A stretch of DNA of 64,000 nt from an uncultured Chitinophagaceae bacterium (GTDB taxonomy: Bacteria > Bacteroidota > Bacteroidia > Chitinophagales > Chitinophagaceae), in the NCBI GenBank assembly GCA_963754585.1, contig CAVWGT010000002.1:8865-72864 (forward strand), read 5' to 3'. A program made the position numbers and the translations under genes. Shown one piece after another: positions 27,996 to 39,857 of the stretch (position 1 is the stretch's first letter; every line of letters begins with the position of its first letter). The notes below the pieces were generated by a model that did not search any database, had not been told where the DNA came from, and saw only the letters and a list, made by a program, of their open reading frames with translations.

Positions 27996-30900
27996 TTAGT
28001 CTTCGTTTTTTCGCACCTCGCGATTGGTAAAATTAATGGTAAATGCGGCACCGTTCCGGAATTCGTACGTTACTTTGCCGCCAATCTGCCTGCTAAGGTC
28101 ATTGACCAGTTGTAAGCCGAGCGTGGTTGCTTTTTTTAGGTCAAAATCGTCAGGAAGACCGGGCCCGCTGTCGGAATAGGTCAACTGGAACCTGCCTTCG
28201 GAGATCGTCCGGATCGCTACGGTTATGGCAGCTGCCGACGTTTCCCGAAATGCATATTTAAACGAATTCGATAGCAATTCATTTAAAATCAGCCCCAAGG
28301 GAACGGCGGAGTCAATATCCAGATTCAGATCCGGCACTTCCACGGCAAGCGACACTTTCTTTTCCTTTTGAAATACACTTTGTACCTGCCTGCAAAGATC
28401 ATTGATAAACCGTTTCAAATCAATGCTGCCCAGATTCTCAAACTGGTAAAGGTTTTGGTGGATCAGCGCGATGCTCCTCACCCGGTTACGACCTTCCAGC
28501 AATGCCTCTCTGGCAACCTGGTCGGTTAGGTTTTTACCCTGCAGTTCTAACAAACCGGAAATCACCTGCAAGTTGTTTTTTACCCGGTGATGGATTTCCT
28601 TCATTAACACATCCTTTTCAAGCAGCAATGCAGTTTGCTGTGAAAGCGATTGCTTCAGCTGCATCGTTCGCTCGCTGATCGTTTCTTCCAGCCGTCTTTT
28701 ATCCGACGCCAGCTGTTTGGTCCTCAAACGGATAAACAGGTAAATCAATATCCCCGATATCAAAACCAATGACAGCATAAACCACCATTGCAGGTACACC
28801 GGCTTTAAAACCTTCAACGGCATACTCAGTTCCCTGGTGTTCCATGCCCCTTCCTGGTTCTGCGCCTTGATCCTCAGCACAAAATCGCCATAGGGCAGGC
28901 CGCTGATCCGAACCGAGTTTTCGTTGATATAATTCCAGTTTTTATCAAGTCCTTCAATCAGATAGGCGTACCGGTGTCCATCCTCTTTGGTAAAATCCAG
29001 TAACTGGAAGTCCAGCGTAAAGAATTTATCATCGGGCTTTAACACAATGCGCGGGTTTCGTAGTAATTCAGCGGTCTTATTGACCAATTCGTTAGCAGAG
29101 CCTGCAAACTGATTGAAAGCGATCACCCGCAGTGGCACCTGAAGCCGGGCGGTATCTCCCCTGAAATCGCGCGGCTCGAAGCCGATCACACCATTCAGGC
29201 CACCAAAAAACAGCTTTCCGTCGGCAGATCTGAAAGAGGATGTCCGGTTAAATTCATTGTGGGAAATGCCATCGGCAGTGGTGTAGGTCTTTACCGAAAA
29301 GTCCTTCCGGTGAAAACGTATCAGTCCGTAATCAGAACTAATCCAGAGATTTTCAAATGCATCCGGCTCGATCCGGTACAGCACATCAGAGGGAAAACCA
29401 GCCGTGATATTAAACTGCCGCGAAACATTGGTTTTAGGATTCCAGTAATACAATCCTTCGCCATTGGTGGCGAGCCACCAGTTACCATCCTCATCTTGCC
29501 AGGCATCCAGAAGGCTCAGCCCGCTCAGAAAAGGCGATTGCAGCTTGATTATTGCCTGGCTGTTCTTAGTTGCGCGGCTATGTGTTACCAGCTTATACAA
29601 GCCATTCTCAGCCACGGCCCACACCACGCCCGCAGCATCGCGCAGAAAGCGGTAAACAAACCTGGCCGTGGGCCCGGAGACGGATGGAAGTGAGTCGAGC
29701 TTGTTGGTAGTAGTATTAAAGATCGAGAAACCATTGATTTTCCCAAGAAGCAAAAGACTGTCGTTTAAAGAATAAAGGGACCATATCTCGGATATTGTCC
29801 CGACATGCAAGTCGGTATAGCTGTTTTGTATTTCATCATAACGTGACAATCCAAATCCGCCAGTGTAAATCGTTCCATTGTGTCTGGCCAGCCCATAATT
29901 AATAAAGCCGTGTCTTACAAACCGGATATGTTCCCCTTTCTGGCGGAATGTATGCATCCAGACATTCGCAAGTACCTTCCCGTCTGCACCCGAATAAATC
30001 CCGCGTGCCTGGGCGTTGGGTTCAGCCGATTGCTGACTTGTGGAAAAATAGGTTTTGAACCGGTTCTTTTTAAGTGTCAGCTGCATGACGCCCGACGAAG
30101 TGCAAAGCCACAAATTACCCAGGTTATCGGGAAAAAGCTGGTAAATAAACAGATTTTCAAATCCTTTCAATTCAGACTTGCCGATTACCCGTAAAAAAGC
30201 GTGTTTGTTCCAAAGATAGAGTGCGTCCGTAGCGATGTAGAATGCAGCGGCACTTCCCCCGGTAGCCGCCCAAACCTGGAACCAATAACGGCCTTCAACC
30301 GGCCCCAGCCTGTATTTATTCAGATCCGCAACGCGAGTCAGGGTACCATTCTCCGTTAGTTTGCCGACGACAAAAGAATCCACATTCGTCCTCGTGTTAT
30401 AGGTGATCAGCAGCTCGTTTTCTATCGGTCAATCCGATGGGTAAAGAACGCAGTGCATCCTTTTGACGGAAGGTGACCACCTTATTGCCGGTGACCACAT
30501 ATTGTGTGAGTTGATTGTTCAGTTTCAAATGGGCTTTGCCCTGGATGAAGGTGCAGACAGGACCAGTGGTACGATAATCCTGCTGCGAGTCCTTTCCTGC
30601 CCAGTCTTTCATCTCTAAAAGAAGTTTGAAACCTTTTTTGGAAGAATATCGCCAATACCGGAACGGGGATGCCGTCAGAAAACAGACCTCGCCGGTGCCG
30701 TCGTTGGCCACCCAATATACGTCACGTTCCTTAAAAGGCAGAGTTGGAAACGCAGCCGTAAGCGATTTAACCTGTTGCGTAGTAGCATCAATCACATCCA
30801 CTTTCCCGACGGTCGTGAGCTGAAACCCCGCGCTGCCATACTGGATAAAAATGCGATTAACATCGTCTTTTGCCAGCTGCACCACTTTGTTCTCCTGAAG

Positions 30901-31251
30901 TTTGTTCCGTTGCCGTGTGAAAAGCTGGCAGTTGGTGCCGTCGTAGCGGTTCAACCCGTTGCGCGTGCCAAACCACAAAAAACCCAATGAATCCTGTACA
31001 CCGCAAAAAACCTCATGCGAAGCAAAACCATTCTCAATGGAAAGCATACGCCGGTTGACTGTATATTCCAGACTGGGTTCGATAGAATCAACCTGGCCCA
31101 GCAAGTTTTGAGCGTTCAATAGGATAACCAGGAACCAGAGTTTGCGGAAGCAGGCAGTGGCTAGCTTCCTTAACCGACGATTTGCCAATGCCAATAGCTT
31201 TGAGATGAGTGAAGCAAGATAGTGGAATTTGCCTAACCTGTCAATATACAT
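27996..31251 (-). CDS. Sensor histidine kinase with periplasmic two-component-regulator propeller repeats and Y_Y_Y, a TM segment, and a HisKA_2-type kinase core; one frame change near 30390
   Basis: Propeller-like repeats (LWFGTRNGLNRYDG, NLWISSDYGLIRF, LFFGGLNGVIGF). TM WWFMLSLVLISGILIYLFI. H-box EIHHRVKNNLQVISGLLELQ. The ATPase core is present. The N-terminal 284-aa ORF (30397-31251) is in another frame. Confidence 0.85.
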
Positions 31252-31812
31252 GTAACTTTTTGTACGCGATTTTACCTGGCAAGTAACTTGCCGCTAAGCT
31301 GTCGACAAAACGGAGACACGTCATTTATTTATCGTGTCCTGTCGAAAATTATCCCGTGGTTTGTCTGTACTCTACCGGTCTTCTGTGGAGAGAGTAATTT
31401 TATATCGAAATCAGTTAATAGAGGTCCATGTTAGTGGTAGATGATATCAAATTACGGTGCATCGCGGGTCGACACATTTAAAGTGTAATATAGATGATCT
31501 CAACAGTGCAGACGAGCATGCTGATTTCAGGAAAGGGCCACAGGAACGTTGAGCTTGCGCAGGTGATTCTTTGAACATGCTATGCGACGGGGTAGCTAAT
31601 TCTTAATACGAGGGATGTCGAACCGATTGGTAAAAATAGTTTGTGTTTTAAGATTTTGATAATCAGATATATGATAGATTTTCTAGGCTGAATTTGTGTT
31701 AAAACTTGACCAAAGTTCTTTTGTGTCACGATAACAGAAGTCGAACCAAGAATTCGTTGGTAATTATCCAAAAACTAGTTTTTATAGTAATATGTTGAAT
31801 TTTTTAGAAGCA

Positions 31813-31844
31813 AAAAGTCCCTCTGCTTTCGATGAGAGACTTTT
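31813..31844 (-). terminator. Rho-independent terminator immediately 3' of the tRNA fragment
   Basis: Minus strand AAAAGTCTCTC-atcgaaagca-GAGGGACTTTTTGC (one mismatch in an 11-bp stem, T5 tail). Confidence 0.65.
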
Positions 31845-31877
31845 GTACCAGGGACGGGAATCGAACCCGTACGCGCC
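31845..31877 (-). other. tRNA 3'-end fragment (T-arm + acceptor 3' strand) without a 5' half: candidate att scar
   Basis: Minus strand GGCGCGT-ACGGG-TTCGATT-CCCGT-CCCTGGT-A-C. There is no complementary 5' acceptor strand, D-arm or anticodon arm upstream. The CheY-like gene stop codon lies 22 nt away. Confidence 0.55.
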
Positions 31878-31899
31878 TTACAGCCCACAGTATATTAAA

Positions 31900-32283
31900 T
31901 CAAGCTATTGCATCCTGAATTTCCAAGGCCAGCTGCTCAATCGAATTTTGTTTGGTCAGCACTTTCTGGATCATCAGCCCGACTTTATCCTGTATTTCAA
32001 AACTGGGCCTTGAACCTGAAAGTATATAAATAGGCGTTCTGTCGATTCCCGGAATCTGGCGAAGCGCCTGGATGCATTCGATCGCATCCATATAGGGCAT
32101 ACTCCAGTCCATAAAAATGTAATCAGGAATGGTAATGACCTGCTTTTTTAAAAAGTCAATTGCATCCGGGCAGTTAAAGGCATAATCGCAGGTTGCATAA
32201 GGATCAGCAATCTGTAAGGCATCCGCGAAAATGATATGATCATCCTGATCATCATCGATAAGAAGAAAAGCACGATTTTTCAT
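31900..32283 (-). CDS. Single-domain CheY-like response regulator
   Basis: FLLIDDDQDDHIIF...DYIFMDWSMPYMDAIECI...PIYILSG. Confidence 0.8.
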   Translation of the reverse strand: MKNRAFLLIDDDQDDHIIFADALQIADPYATCDYAFNCPDAIDFLKKQVITIPDYIFMDWSMPYMDAIECIQALRQIPGIDRTPIYILSGSRPSFEIQDKVGLMIQKVLTKQNSIEQLALEIQDAIA

Positions 32284-32396
32284 GTTTCGGGACTGGTTTA
32301 ATTGGAGTATTTCTAAATACTGAAAATATCATTCCACATAAATTATTTTTGTACTTTTGGGTATAGATTTTAACAATGTAGAAGAATTTATACGAT

Positions 32397-32795
32397 ATGG
32401 ATAATAACAAAACTGTTCATCTGGCTGACGATGATGAGGACGACAGACTGTTATTTAAGGAAGCACTTCAGGAGGCAGATCCTGATGTAAAAGTCGTCGA
32501 AGCGCAAAACGGCAAAGAGCTGATAGAAAACATAAAAAATTCGGATGATCTGGATGGGACCGTCATTGTAGTGGATATGAACATGCCCAAAATGAACGGG
32601 ATTGAAACGATCAAAGCATTAAGAGACGATATTGAACTCTCAGATGTGCCCGCTGTGATGCTTTCAACATCCAATAATCCGGACCTGAAAAAGAAAGCCA
32701 TTGAAGCAGGCGCGACAGCTTACTATACCAAGCCCAACTCTTTTTTTGCATTGATTGACATAGCAAAAAAAATATTCCTGAAATTTTTCCGATAA
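32397..32795 (+). CDS. Single-domain CheY-like response regulator (divergent from the previous one)
   Basis: VHLADDDEDDRLLF...VIVVDMNMPKMNGIETI...PAVMLSTSNN...AYYTKP. Confidence 0.8.
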   Translation: MDNNKTVHLADDDEDDRLLFKEALQEADPDVKVVEAQNGKELIENIKNSDDLDGTVIVVDMNMPKMNGIETIKALRDDIELSDVPAVMLSTSNNPDLKKKAIEAGATAYYTKPNSFFALIDIAKKIFLKFFR

Positions 32796-32912
32796 CCCCA
32801 AACAGGGAAAAAAACGCCAGATTACAGCGAGGAAAACTTCTAAATCAAAAGGAAAAACTAGCTGACTCAGCAGAAATAACGGTTCGGCAAACCAAGGCTG
32901 CATTTATAAACA

Positions 32913-33892
32913 CTACTTCTGCTCCTGCCCGCCTGAGACATGTCTGTACTGGGAAGGTGAGATGCCCTCTGATTTTTTAAACTGTCTTCCAAAATAATTA
33001 AGATCCGAAAACCCCAGCTGATAACAAACATCCGAGATCGTGGCTTTTGAATCTGTAAGAAGCGACTTGGCTTTTTTGATTTTCTCTTTCAAAATAAATT
33101 CGACCGGACTGATGCTGAATTCCCTTTTAAATGCCCGGTAAAAAGACGCCCGGCTCATGCAGGCTTTTTCGCTGAGCTCGTCGATCTGAATTTTCTCTCC
33201 GATATTGGCCTGGATATAATGCAGCACATAGGCCAGCGGACTGTCATGCTCCTGATAAATTCCCTGATCTGCGCAGTGAAGATGCTGGGTCTGGATAATA
33301 TGCACGACCAGTTCCTGCAAGGTAAGATCAGCCAGAATGTCTTTTCCCAGCGCAGTTCCCGAGCAGATATGAATCAGTTTGTTGATGCTTTGGGCCAGAT
33401 CCACATTGTTAAGGAAATGATACTGGTTGTGATGCAGCTGCCAGTACTGGTCCTGCCCGTGCCGGGGATACTGCTCATTGAGCCGGTCAACGATCTGCTG
33501 GATTTTGGTCTGATCCAGCGCCAGGGCAATGCATTGGGTCGGGTTAAGCTCGCTGGCTTCTGGAAAATCAATTTTCATTGTCACATGCGCAGGCACCAGC
33601 ACGGTTTCACCCGGCAGATAATCAAAACCGGGCTGATCAAACAAATGCATCACCTTTTTACCTCTGAGCATGCTGGTCACAACAAAATCAGAAAAGCTCA
33701 GTGGTACCAGCATGAGGTTTGCTGGGTTTCAAACACATTCAGCTCGCAGTTTTCAAGTGTGAAGGCGCGTCTGTTTTCCACCAGCGTTTTCATTGATTTT
33801 TGAGAAGAAACAGCAATTTGGTTTAACTTGAATCCGGATGGCATAAGTAACTGGGATAAAGTATGAACTGGTTTTTGGTAATCAATTCTCAA
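32913..33892 (-). CDS. AraC-family regulator (cupin-like N-terminus + HTH_18), with a frame change near 33705
   Basis: C-terminal [20 protein letters not shown]...[32 protein letters not shown]. The N-terminal 64-aa ORF 33698-33892 is in another frame. Confidence 0.8.
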
Positions 33893-34078
33893 TTTTCAGC
33901 AATGGAACATTGGCTAACTGCTAAAATACTAACGTCTGAAAGTTCAATAAAGTTACCGGTTATTTTATTTTTTTTGAGAATATTATCCTATTATTTGAAT
34001 CGATCGTGCCAATGTAAGAATCAAGTGAGTTGGTAAGTTTGCATACAGTTATTCACGAAACAAAACCTTGATAAGTCT

Positions 34079-35619
34079 ATGGAAACCCTGGAAGTAGAAA
34101 ATAAATCAGAAGTGAGTTCAACCCTTGCAAAAAGACCGGAGTTTAAGGCCCAATATGAAAATTATATCGGTGGCAGATTTGTGCGCCTGTAAAAGGAGAA
34201 TATTTTGATAATATCTCCCCGATTGACGGGAAGGTATTTACCAAAGCAGCCCGTTCGGGAAAGAAGATGTAGAGCTGGCTTTGGATGCCGCCCATGAAGC
34301 TTTTAAGACCTGGAGTAAAACATCGGCCACGTACAGAAGCAATCTGATGCTTAAAATTGCGCAGGTGATCGAAGATAATCTGGAATATCTGGCAGTTGTT
34401 GAAGCGATCGACAACGGAAAAGCGATCCGCGAAACCCGAGCGGCCGATCTGCCGCTTTGTGTTGATCACTTCCGGTATTTTGCCGGCGTGATCCGCGCAG
34501 AAGAAGGCGGCATCTCAGAGCATGATGAAAATACGGTATCGATCGTTTTGCATGAGCCGCTTGGTGTTGTTGCCCAGATCATTCCCTGGAATTTTCCGCT
34601 TCTGATGGCAACCTGGAAAATTGCGCCTGCTCTGGCCTCGGGCTGCTGTGTGGTTGTAAAACCAGCAGAGCAGACGCCAACCTCGATCATGTGTCTGATG
34701 GAGCTGATCGGAGATATTCTGCCAGCCGGTGTTCTAAATATTGTGACAGGTTTTGGAACAGAAGCCGGAAAACCACTGGCATCCTCGCCTCGGGTATCCA
34801 AAGTATCCTTTACGGGCGAAACCACAACAGGCCGGCTGATTATGCAGTATGCATCTGAAAACCTGATTCCTGTGACGATGGAGCTGGGCGGCAAATCGCC
34901 GAATATTTTCTTTGCATCGGTTGCTGACCAGGATGATGCGTTTTTTGATAAAGCTGTTGAAGGTGCTGTAATGTTTGCTTTAAACCAGGGAGAAGTCTGC
35001 ACTTGCCCATCCCGGATCCTTGTGCAGGAAAGTATTTACGATAAATTTATGAGCCGCGTTATTGAGCGCACCAAAGCGATCAGGATGGGTCATCCGCTGG
35101 ATAGCCAATACCATGATGGGCGCTCAGGCCTCTAATGATCAGTATGAAAAAATCCTTTCGTATCTGAAAATTGGCAAGGAGGAAGGTGCCGAAGTGTTAT
35201 GCGGGGGCGAAGCCCAGACGTTTGAAAACGGGATTTCGGGTGGTTACTACATTCAGCCGACCCTTTTTAAAGGCCATAACAAAATGCGCATTTTCCAGGA
35301 AGAAATCTTTGGACCTGTGGCCTGCGTGACTACCTTTAAAACTGTCGAAGAAGCCATTCAGATTGCCAATGATACGATGTATGGTCTGGGCGCCGGTGTC
35401 TGGACGCGCGATGCGCACGAGATTTATCAGGTGCCACGCGCCATTCAGGCTGGCCGTGTGTGGGTCAATAATTACCATGCTTACCCGGCGCATGCACCTT
35501 TTGGAGGTTACAAAAAATCAGGTTTTGGCCGTGAGAACCATAAAATGATGCTGGGCTATTACCGCCAGACAAAAAATATGCTTATCTCTTATGACCGTAA
35601 TGCGCTGGGATTTTTCTGA
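34079..35619 (+). CDS. NAD-dependent aldehyde dehydrogenase, with at least 4 frame changes
   Basis: 34079 METLEVENK...[13 protein letters not shown], then shifted ([37 protein letters not shown]), then [19 protein letters not shown] and the C-terminus [17 protein letters not shown]. Confidence 0.85.
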
Positions 35620-35727
35620 TCATAAAATTTGAGTTGTGGCTTATGCAGGAATAAAAACAGTTGATTCAGCATAGCCGCAACAAGTTTCTGTATTCATACA
35701 GTTAGAGTCATTTAAAAATCAACAAAC

Positions 35728-36111
35728 ATGAAAACGCCCCGTGTGCTTATTACCGCCGAAGCCATAAAAGTTGTCGATCAGCTAAAAGAGCGGTTTGGCG
35801 ACTTGATGTTTCACCAAAGCGGCGGATGTTGTGACGGCTCTCAGCCGATGTGTTTTGAGAAAGGTGAATTTAAAACCGGGGAAAGTGATGTGCTGCTGGG
35901 AGAGATCGCAGGCTGTGATTTTTTTATGAGCCGCGATCAGTTTGAATACTGGCAGCATACCCAGCTGACCATCGGCGTGACGCCCGGAAGAGGATCAAGC
36001 TTTTCGCTGGAAATCCCGATGGGAATCCGTTTTATTACGCATTCAAGAATGTATACGGCTGCCGAAGAAGAGAATCTTGGAGCCGTCCGCAGCGGTGTTG
36101 CAGCAGCGTAA
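35728..36111 (+). CDS. DUF779-family protein (commonly partnered with aldehyde dehydrogenase)
   Basis: FHQSGGCCDGSQPMCFEKGEF...DFFMSRDQFEYWQHTQLTIGVTPGRGSSFSLE. Confidence 0.8.
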   Translation: MKTPRVLITAEAIKVVDQLKERFGDLMFHQSGGCCDGSQPMCFEKGEFKTGESDVLLGEIAGCDFFMSRDQFEYWQHTQLTIGVTPGRGSSFSLEIPMGIRFITHSRMYTAAEEENLGAVRSGVAAA

Positions 36112-36146
36112 AAGTTAAAACGACTTCCCACTGCAATAAACCTATC

Positions 36147-36184
36147 AAGCCTGGCACAAGGATTTTAATCCCTGTGCCAGGCTT
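36147..36184. terminator. Bidirectional hairpin between DUF779 (+) and the coupling-protein gene (-); leftmost point of the tra/mob block
   Basis: AAGCCTGGCACA...TGTGCCAGGCTT followed by ATTTTTT. Confidence 0.65.
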
Positions 36185-38186
36185 ATTTTTTAGCTCTGCC
36201 GCCTTTTTTATTGACCAGAAGATGCGAAAGCGAGGGATCATTTAAAATCTGGCTCATTTTGTGATCGTAAATGTTTTGAATATCCTCTTTTATATTACGG
36301 TAGTTTTGAAGAATGATCGAGGAGTCTACCTGCCGCACCTTTGGGAAGCGGTCTGTATTGATCCGATTCATTTTTCAAAGCCTTATGATCATTCTGGATC
36401 TGACTGTGAAAGGCTTTAAGATCAATTTTTTCAAGCGGATCATCGGCTACAATACCGACAAATTCACCAGAGCTCAGCGTTGAGATCTTTGAGGCCGGAA
36501 TGGCCAGTTCGAGCTGCTTGGATTTGCTCACCGAAGTATCCGACCGGTTAATTGATAGGCTCGATCGGTCCTGCATGATCTTACCAAAGCGCTCTGAGAG
36601 CTGTTTGGCCGTATCACCCGATACCTGCCCGCTGATAATGTTTCCGGCAATGTTCATAATCACATCGGCCTGTTCTCTTCCGTAATCCTTTTTGAGCTGA
36701 GAGAAATCCTGCACGGCAAGTGTGGTGGCCACCTGGCTGGAGCGCGCCGTAGCCATCAAAGTGTCAATGTTGCTTAGATAAATGGTGGGGAACTCGTCAA
36801 AGACCAGACTGCTTTTTAGTTTACCTTTCTGGTTGACAATTTTAATCAGCCGGTTTACATACAGGGAAAGTACTAGCGCCGTAGGTCATGATCTTCTGCG
36901 GATTATTGCCCATGCAAATGATTTTAGGCTCTTTGGGGTTATTCACATCGAGTTTGAAGTCATTTCCGGACAGCACATAATACAGATTCGGTGATGAAAG
37001 CCTGGCCAGCGCGATTTTCGCAGAGCCGATCTGGCCTTCAAGCTGCTCCATGGCATCGTTCAGATATGCTGTCATAAAAGGGTTAATTAGAACATCGATC
37101 TCTTTCTCTGTCATCAGAATCGAGAACAGACTATCATAATCCAGCTGCATCAGCTCCAAAACATGCGGAAGCGTACAGAAGGCGCCGTCCTGGAATTTTC
37201 TTAAAAACCAGATCACAGCCGTCATAAAGTTGATTGGTGATTCAACAAAAAAATCGCCCTGTTTTTTAATCCATTCCCGGTTCAGGCCCATCAGGATCGT
37301 GCGCGCTGATTCTGCCGCATCGGTAATATCGAGCATCGCTTCGGGGTCCAGCGGGTTACAGCGGTGCGAATAGCTTAAATCATCAAAGTCAATGTAATAA
37401 AATGCGGGCGCTACCTGGTAGCTGTCTTTATTTTTGAGCCAGTGGTTGTAGGCAATCCGCGTCAGATCAGGGTATTTAAAATCATAGATGAACATGGTGA
37501 AATTCTTGGCTAATGTGCTGGGTGATCACGTGGCGTATGACAAAATATGATTTTCCAGCGCCTGGTGAGCCAAGTACCAATAGACCACGGAACGGATTAA
37601 TCACATTGATCCATCCTTGGTAGAATTTTCTTTTGAGCTGAAAGCGGGTGGGCAGATTAATGGAAAATTCATTTTCCAGCAGTTTCTGCTGCTGGGGGAA
37701 AGTCTCGTTTTCGCTATTGAAAATATCACTGCTGAGCTGATCGGATATGACCCTTGAAATCAGCGTTCCGCCGCTTAAGATCAAAATGTAGCCTAGCACA
37801 GTAAGGCTGATATAGGCTATTGTCAGGTAGCTGACAGAAAGTTTCCAATCCAGTAGCAGAACACTTACCCAGTATAAGCACATTCCTGCACCAGCCAGAA
37901 TCAAGCCGTTTTTTACACTTAAATTTTCTCTTTTTTTACCCCTAATTCCAAGAAGCGATATCAAAAGAAAAGCCAGCGAGAAGATCTTTGCTCTATTAAA
38001 GCCATCAAAAAGATGTGTTTTGACAATATTGTCAAGAATCCGGTTGGTAAAAGGGCTGCTCAGTCCCAGCAGTTGAAAGGCTGCGTAGAACTGGTAGTAA
38101 AAGTGAAGAGCCAGAAGAAGAATGCTGATCAGCCTTGTCATATCGAGTATTCTTCCAAGGGCCTGCTGGTTTTCAGAGCTGTCCAT
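36183..38186 (-). CDS. Type IV coupling protein (TraG/TraD/VirD4 family; MobC in Bacteroides nomenclature), with at least 3 frame changes
   Basis: N-terminal TM segments, Walker A LVLGSPGAGKSYF, then YDFKYPDLTRIAY..., then ...FDEFPTIY.../ATARSSQVATTLAVQDFSQLKKDYG in four ORF pieces (37482-38186, 36842-37495, 36295-36759, 36183-36371). Confidence 0.8.
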
Positions 38187-38197
38187 AGGTATTTGGT

Positions 38198-39472
38198 TTA
38201 ACGGGAAGTTTTTCTTTTTCTTTTTTTATAGGGTTTTCTTAGGGCCAAAGGGGCCTGATCAAATCCCCAGGCCGGCATGAACAGATCATGCAGTAAGGCG
38301 TCAGTTTTGTGACGCTGGGGAACAGAAGGGTCAAGGGCCTCTGGCCACTGGACATACGCGCTGGCAGCTGCGGCAGAATCTGTGGCCGGGCTCAGCGGCA
38401 TGTTTGGAACCGGGGCCCTGGCTGCTAACTTACCGCAGCGCTTGTAAAGGCCTTTTAATTGGTATTTCTCCCCGAGCTTATCTGCATCAAAGGCGCAAAG
38501 GGTCCGGTTGTCAATGTAGACAAGCTTAGATTCTGTCTGGTTTCTTTGCCTTGTTACATGGATTTTAATGCCTTTGCTTTCAAGTACACCGGCCAGCTCA
38601 TTCAAAGAGCTTACCTGCTGATCTAAAAGCGCCAGATCAAGCGTGTTGCTCAGCCGGCTAAGCTGCTTGGTCTGCTCTTGTCTGTGCCGATCAAAATGCC
38701 GGTAGAGCGCTTTAAGTGTGGCCTGCCCTTCAAGACTGCTGGCTTTAACCGCTTTGCAGGTAGCGCGGCCCCGGCTGTCAACCGTGCGGTAGACCAGGCC
38801 CCCCACTTTGAAAAGGTACGAATTCTGGCGGCCTTTGGATGCCTGCACGCCAAACTGTCTGAGCAGCGCATTGTACTCAGAAAAAGTACTGAATCGGTAG
38901 TCTTTCAGCACCTTTGCTAACGCTGTTTTCATAACATATAGCCGGCTTTTATTTTCTTTTAAAAAAGTGTTTTCCACGCCCTTAAGCTGACTTATTTTGC
39001 TAGGGGTGTTGGGATTTTTCAGCCCGAACTGGCTTTCAATGGCTCTTTGGGCCTTATGAAGCAGTGCCACCGTCATAAATTTGTCATGGATCCGGCTTCC
39101 ATCTGCCCGGATCAGTGTTGATACCACATGGATATGCTTGTGAAGCGTATCGTGATGCTCGTACAGCAGGTAGGGCTGCCTATCAAAGCCAAATTCTTTT
39201 AGAAAGACAGCGGCGATCCTTTTTAAATCACGGGCAGAAAGCTGATCAGAACGGTCAAAATGCATCGAGAATGTCATCACATTCACCTTGCAGCGCTCGT
39301 TTAAAAGCATCCGCTCAGAAAGCCGTGCCAATTTTTGTTCGATGGTCAAAAGCTCCGGGTCTTGCAGATAAAAACCTGCATCCAGAAAGGTGGCGGTTTT
39401 ATCCTGCACCTTCTTTTCATGGTAGAGCACCGTCCTTTCCAAAAATCTTGTTTTATTGATGATCCCAGTCAT
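38198..39472 (-). CDS. Relaxase/mobilization nuclease (MobB-like)
   Basis: Probable start MTGIINKTRFLERTVLYHEKKV. His-triad region YEHHDTLHKHIHVVSTLIRADGSRI. Overlaps the upstream mobA-like gene by 20 nt. Confidence 0.8.
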   Translation of the reverse strand: MTGIINKTRFLERTVLYHEKKVQDKTATFLDAGFYLQDPELLTIEQKLARLSERMLLNERCKVNVMTFSMHFDRSDQLSARDLKRIAAVFLKEFGFDRQPYLLYEHHDTLHKHIHVVSTLIRADGSRIHDKFMTVALLHKAQRAIESQFGLKNPNTPSKISQLKGVENTFLKENKSRLYVMKTALAKVLKDYRFSTFSEYNALLRQFGVQASKGRQNSYLFKVGGLVYRTVDSRGRATCKAVKASSLEGQATLKALYRHFDRHRQEQTKQLSRLSNTLDLALLDQQVSSLNELAGVLESKGIKIHVTRQRNQTESKLVYIDNRTLCAFDADKLGEKYQLKGLYKRCGKLAARAPVPNMPLSPATDSAAAASAYVQWPEALDPSVPQRHKTDALLHDLFMPAWGFDQAPLALRKPYKKRKRKTSR

Positions 39473-39857
39473 TTCCAGAAATGTTATGCAGATAGCCGCT
39501 AATGGTTTCAATCTGTTTGACAACGCGCCGGCGGTCAATCTCAAAGCTGATCATCCATTGCGCACTGCTAATGGAACCTGCCACCGCACTAAGCTTTTGT
39601 AAGGCGGTCTCAAAGTGATGGCTGACCGTTTTTAGTTCTTCTTTGAGCGCTGCAAGCTCCTCGGTCAGATCATCCAGCGAGGCGTTTCGGTACTTGTATG
39701 TCAGGGCAGCTGCAAGAATTTTGTTTCTGATAAATTCGCTCAGGTTCCTGGCTGTGGTCTGCTGCATTTCCGCCCTCAGGCGCTGCCATTCGCTTTCGCT
39801 CACCCAAAAATTGATCGGATACTTGTTATATTGGTTTGGTTTCATTCGCCTTTGCAA
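39453..39857 (-). CDS. Small relaxosome accessory protein (MobA/MobC-type, ribbon-helix-helix-like)
   Basis: YPINFWVSESEWQRLRAEMQQTTARNLSEFIRNKIL, and its position directly 5' of the relaxase. Confidence 0.6.
   Translation of the reverse strand: MQRRMKPNQYNKYPINFWVSESEWQRLRAEMQQTTARNLSEFIRNKILAAALTYKYRNASLDDLTEELAALKEELKTVSHHFETALQKLSAVAGSISSAQWMISFEIDRRRVVKQIETISGYLHNISGNDWDHQ

Noticed and set aside
31560-31790. Two GTCGAACC...TTGGTA strings that look like further tRNA 3'-end relics (tandem att scars).
   Set aside because: No T-stem pairing can be drawn around either. The similarity is limited to about 8 nt and is compatible with chance in AT-rich DNA.
31845-31935. Possible complete class II tRNA (about 84 nt, apparent GTA anticodon context CTGTAAG) on the minus strand.
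   Set aside because: The would-be 5' acceptor strand pairs at only 5 of 7 positions. No D-arm or anticodon stem can be drawn, and that stretch encodes the C-terminus of the CheY-like protein. Only the T-arm and 3' acceptor strand are tRNA-like.
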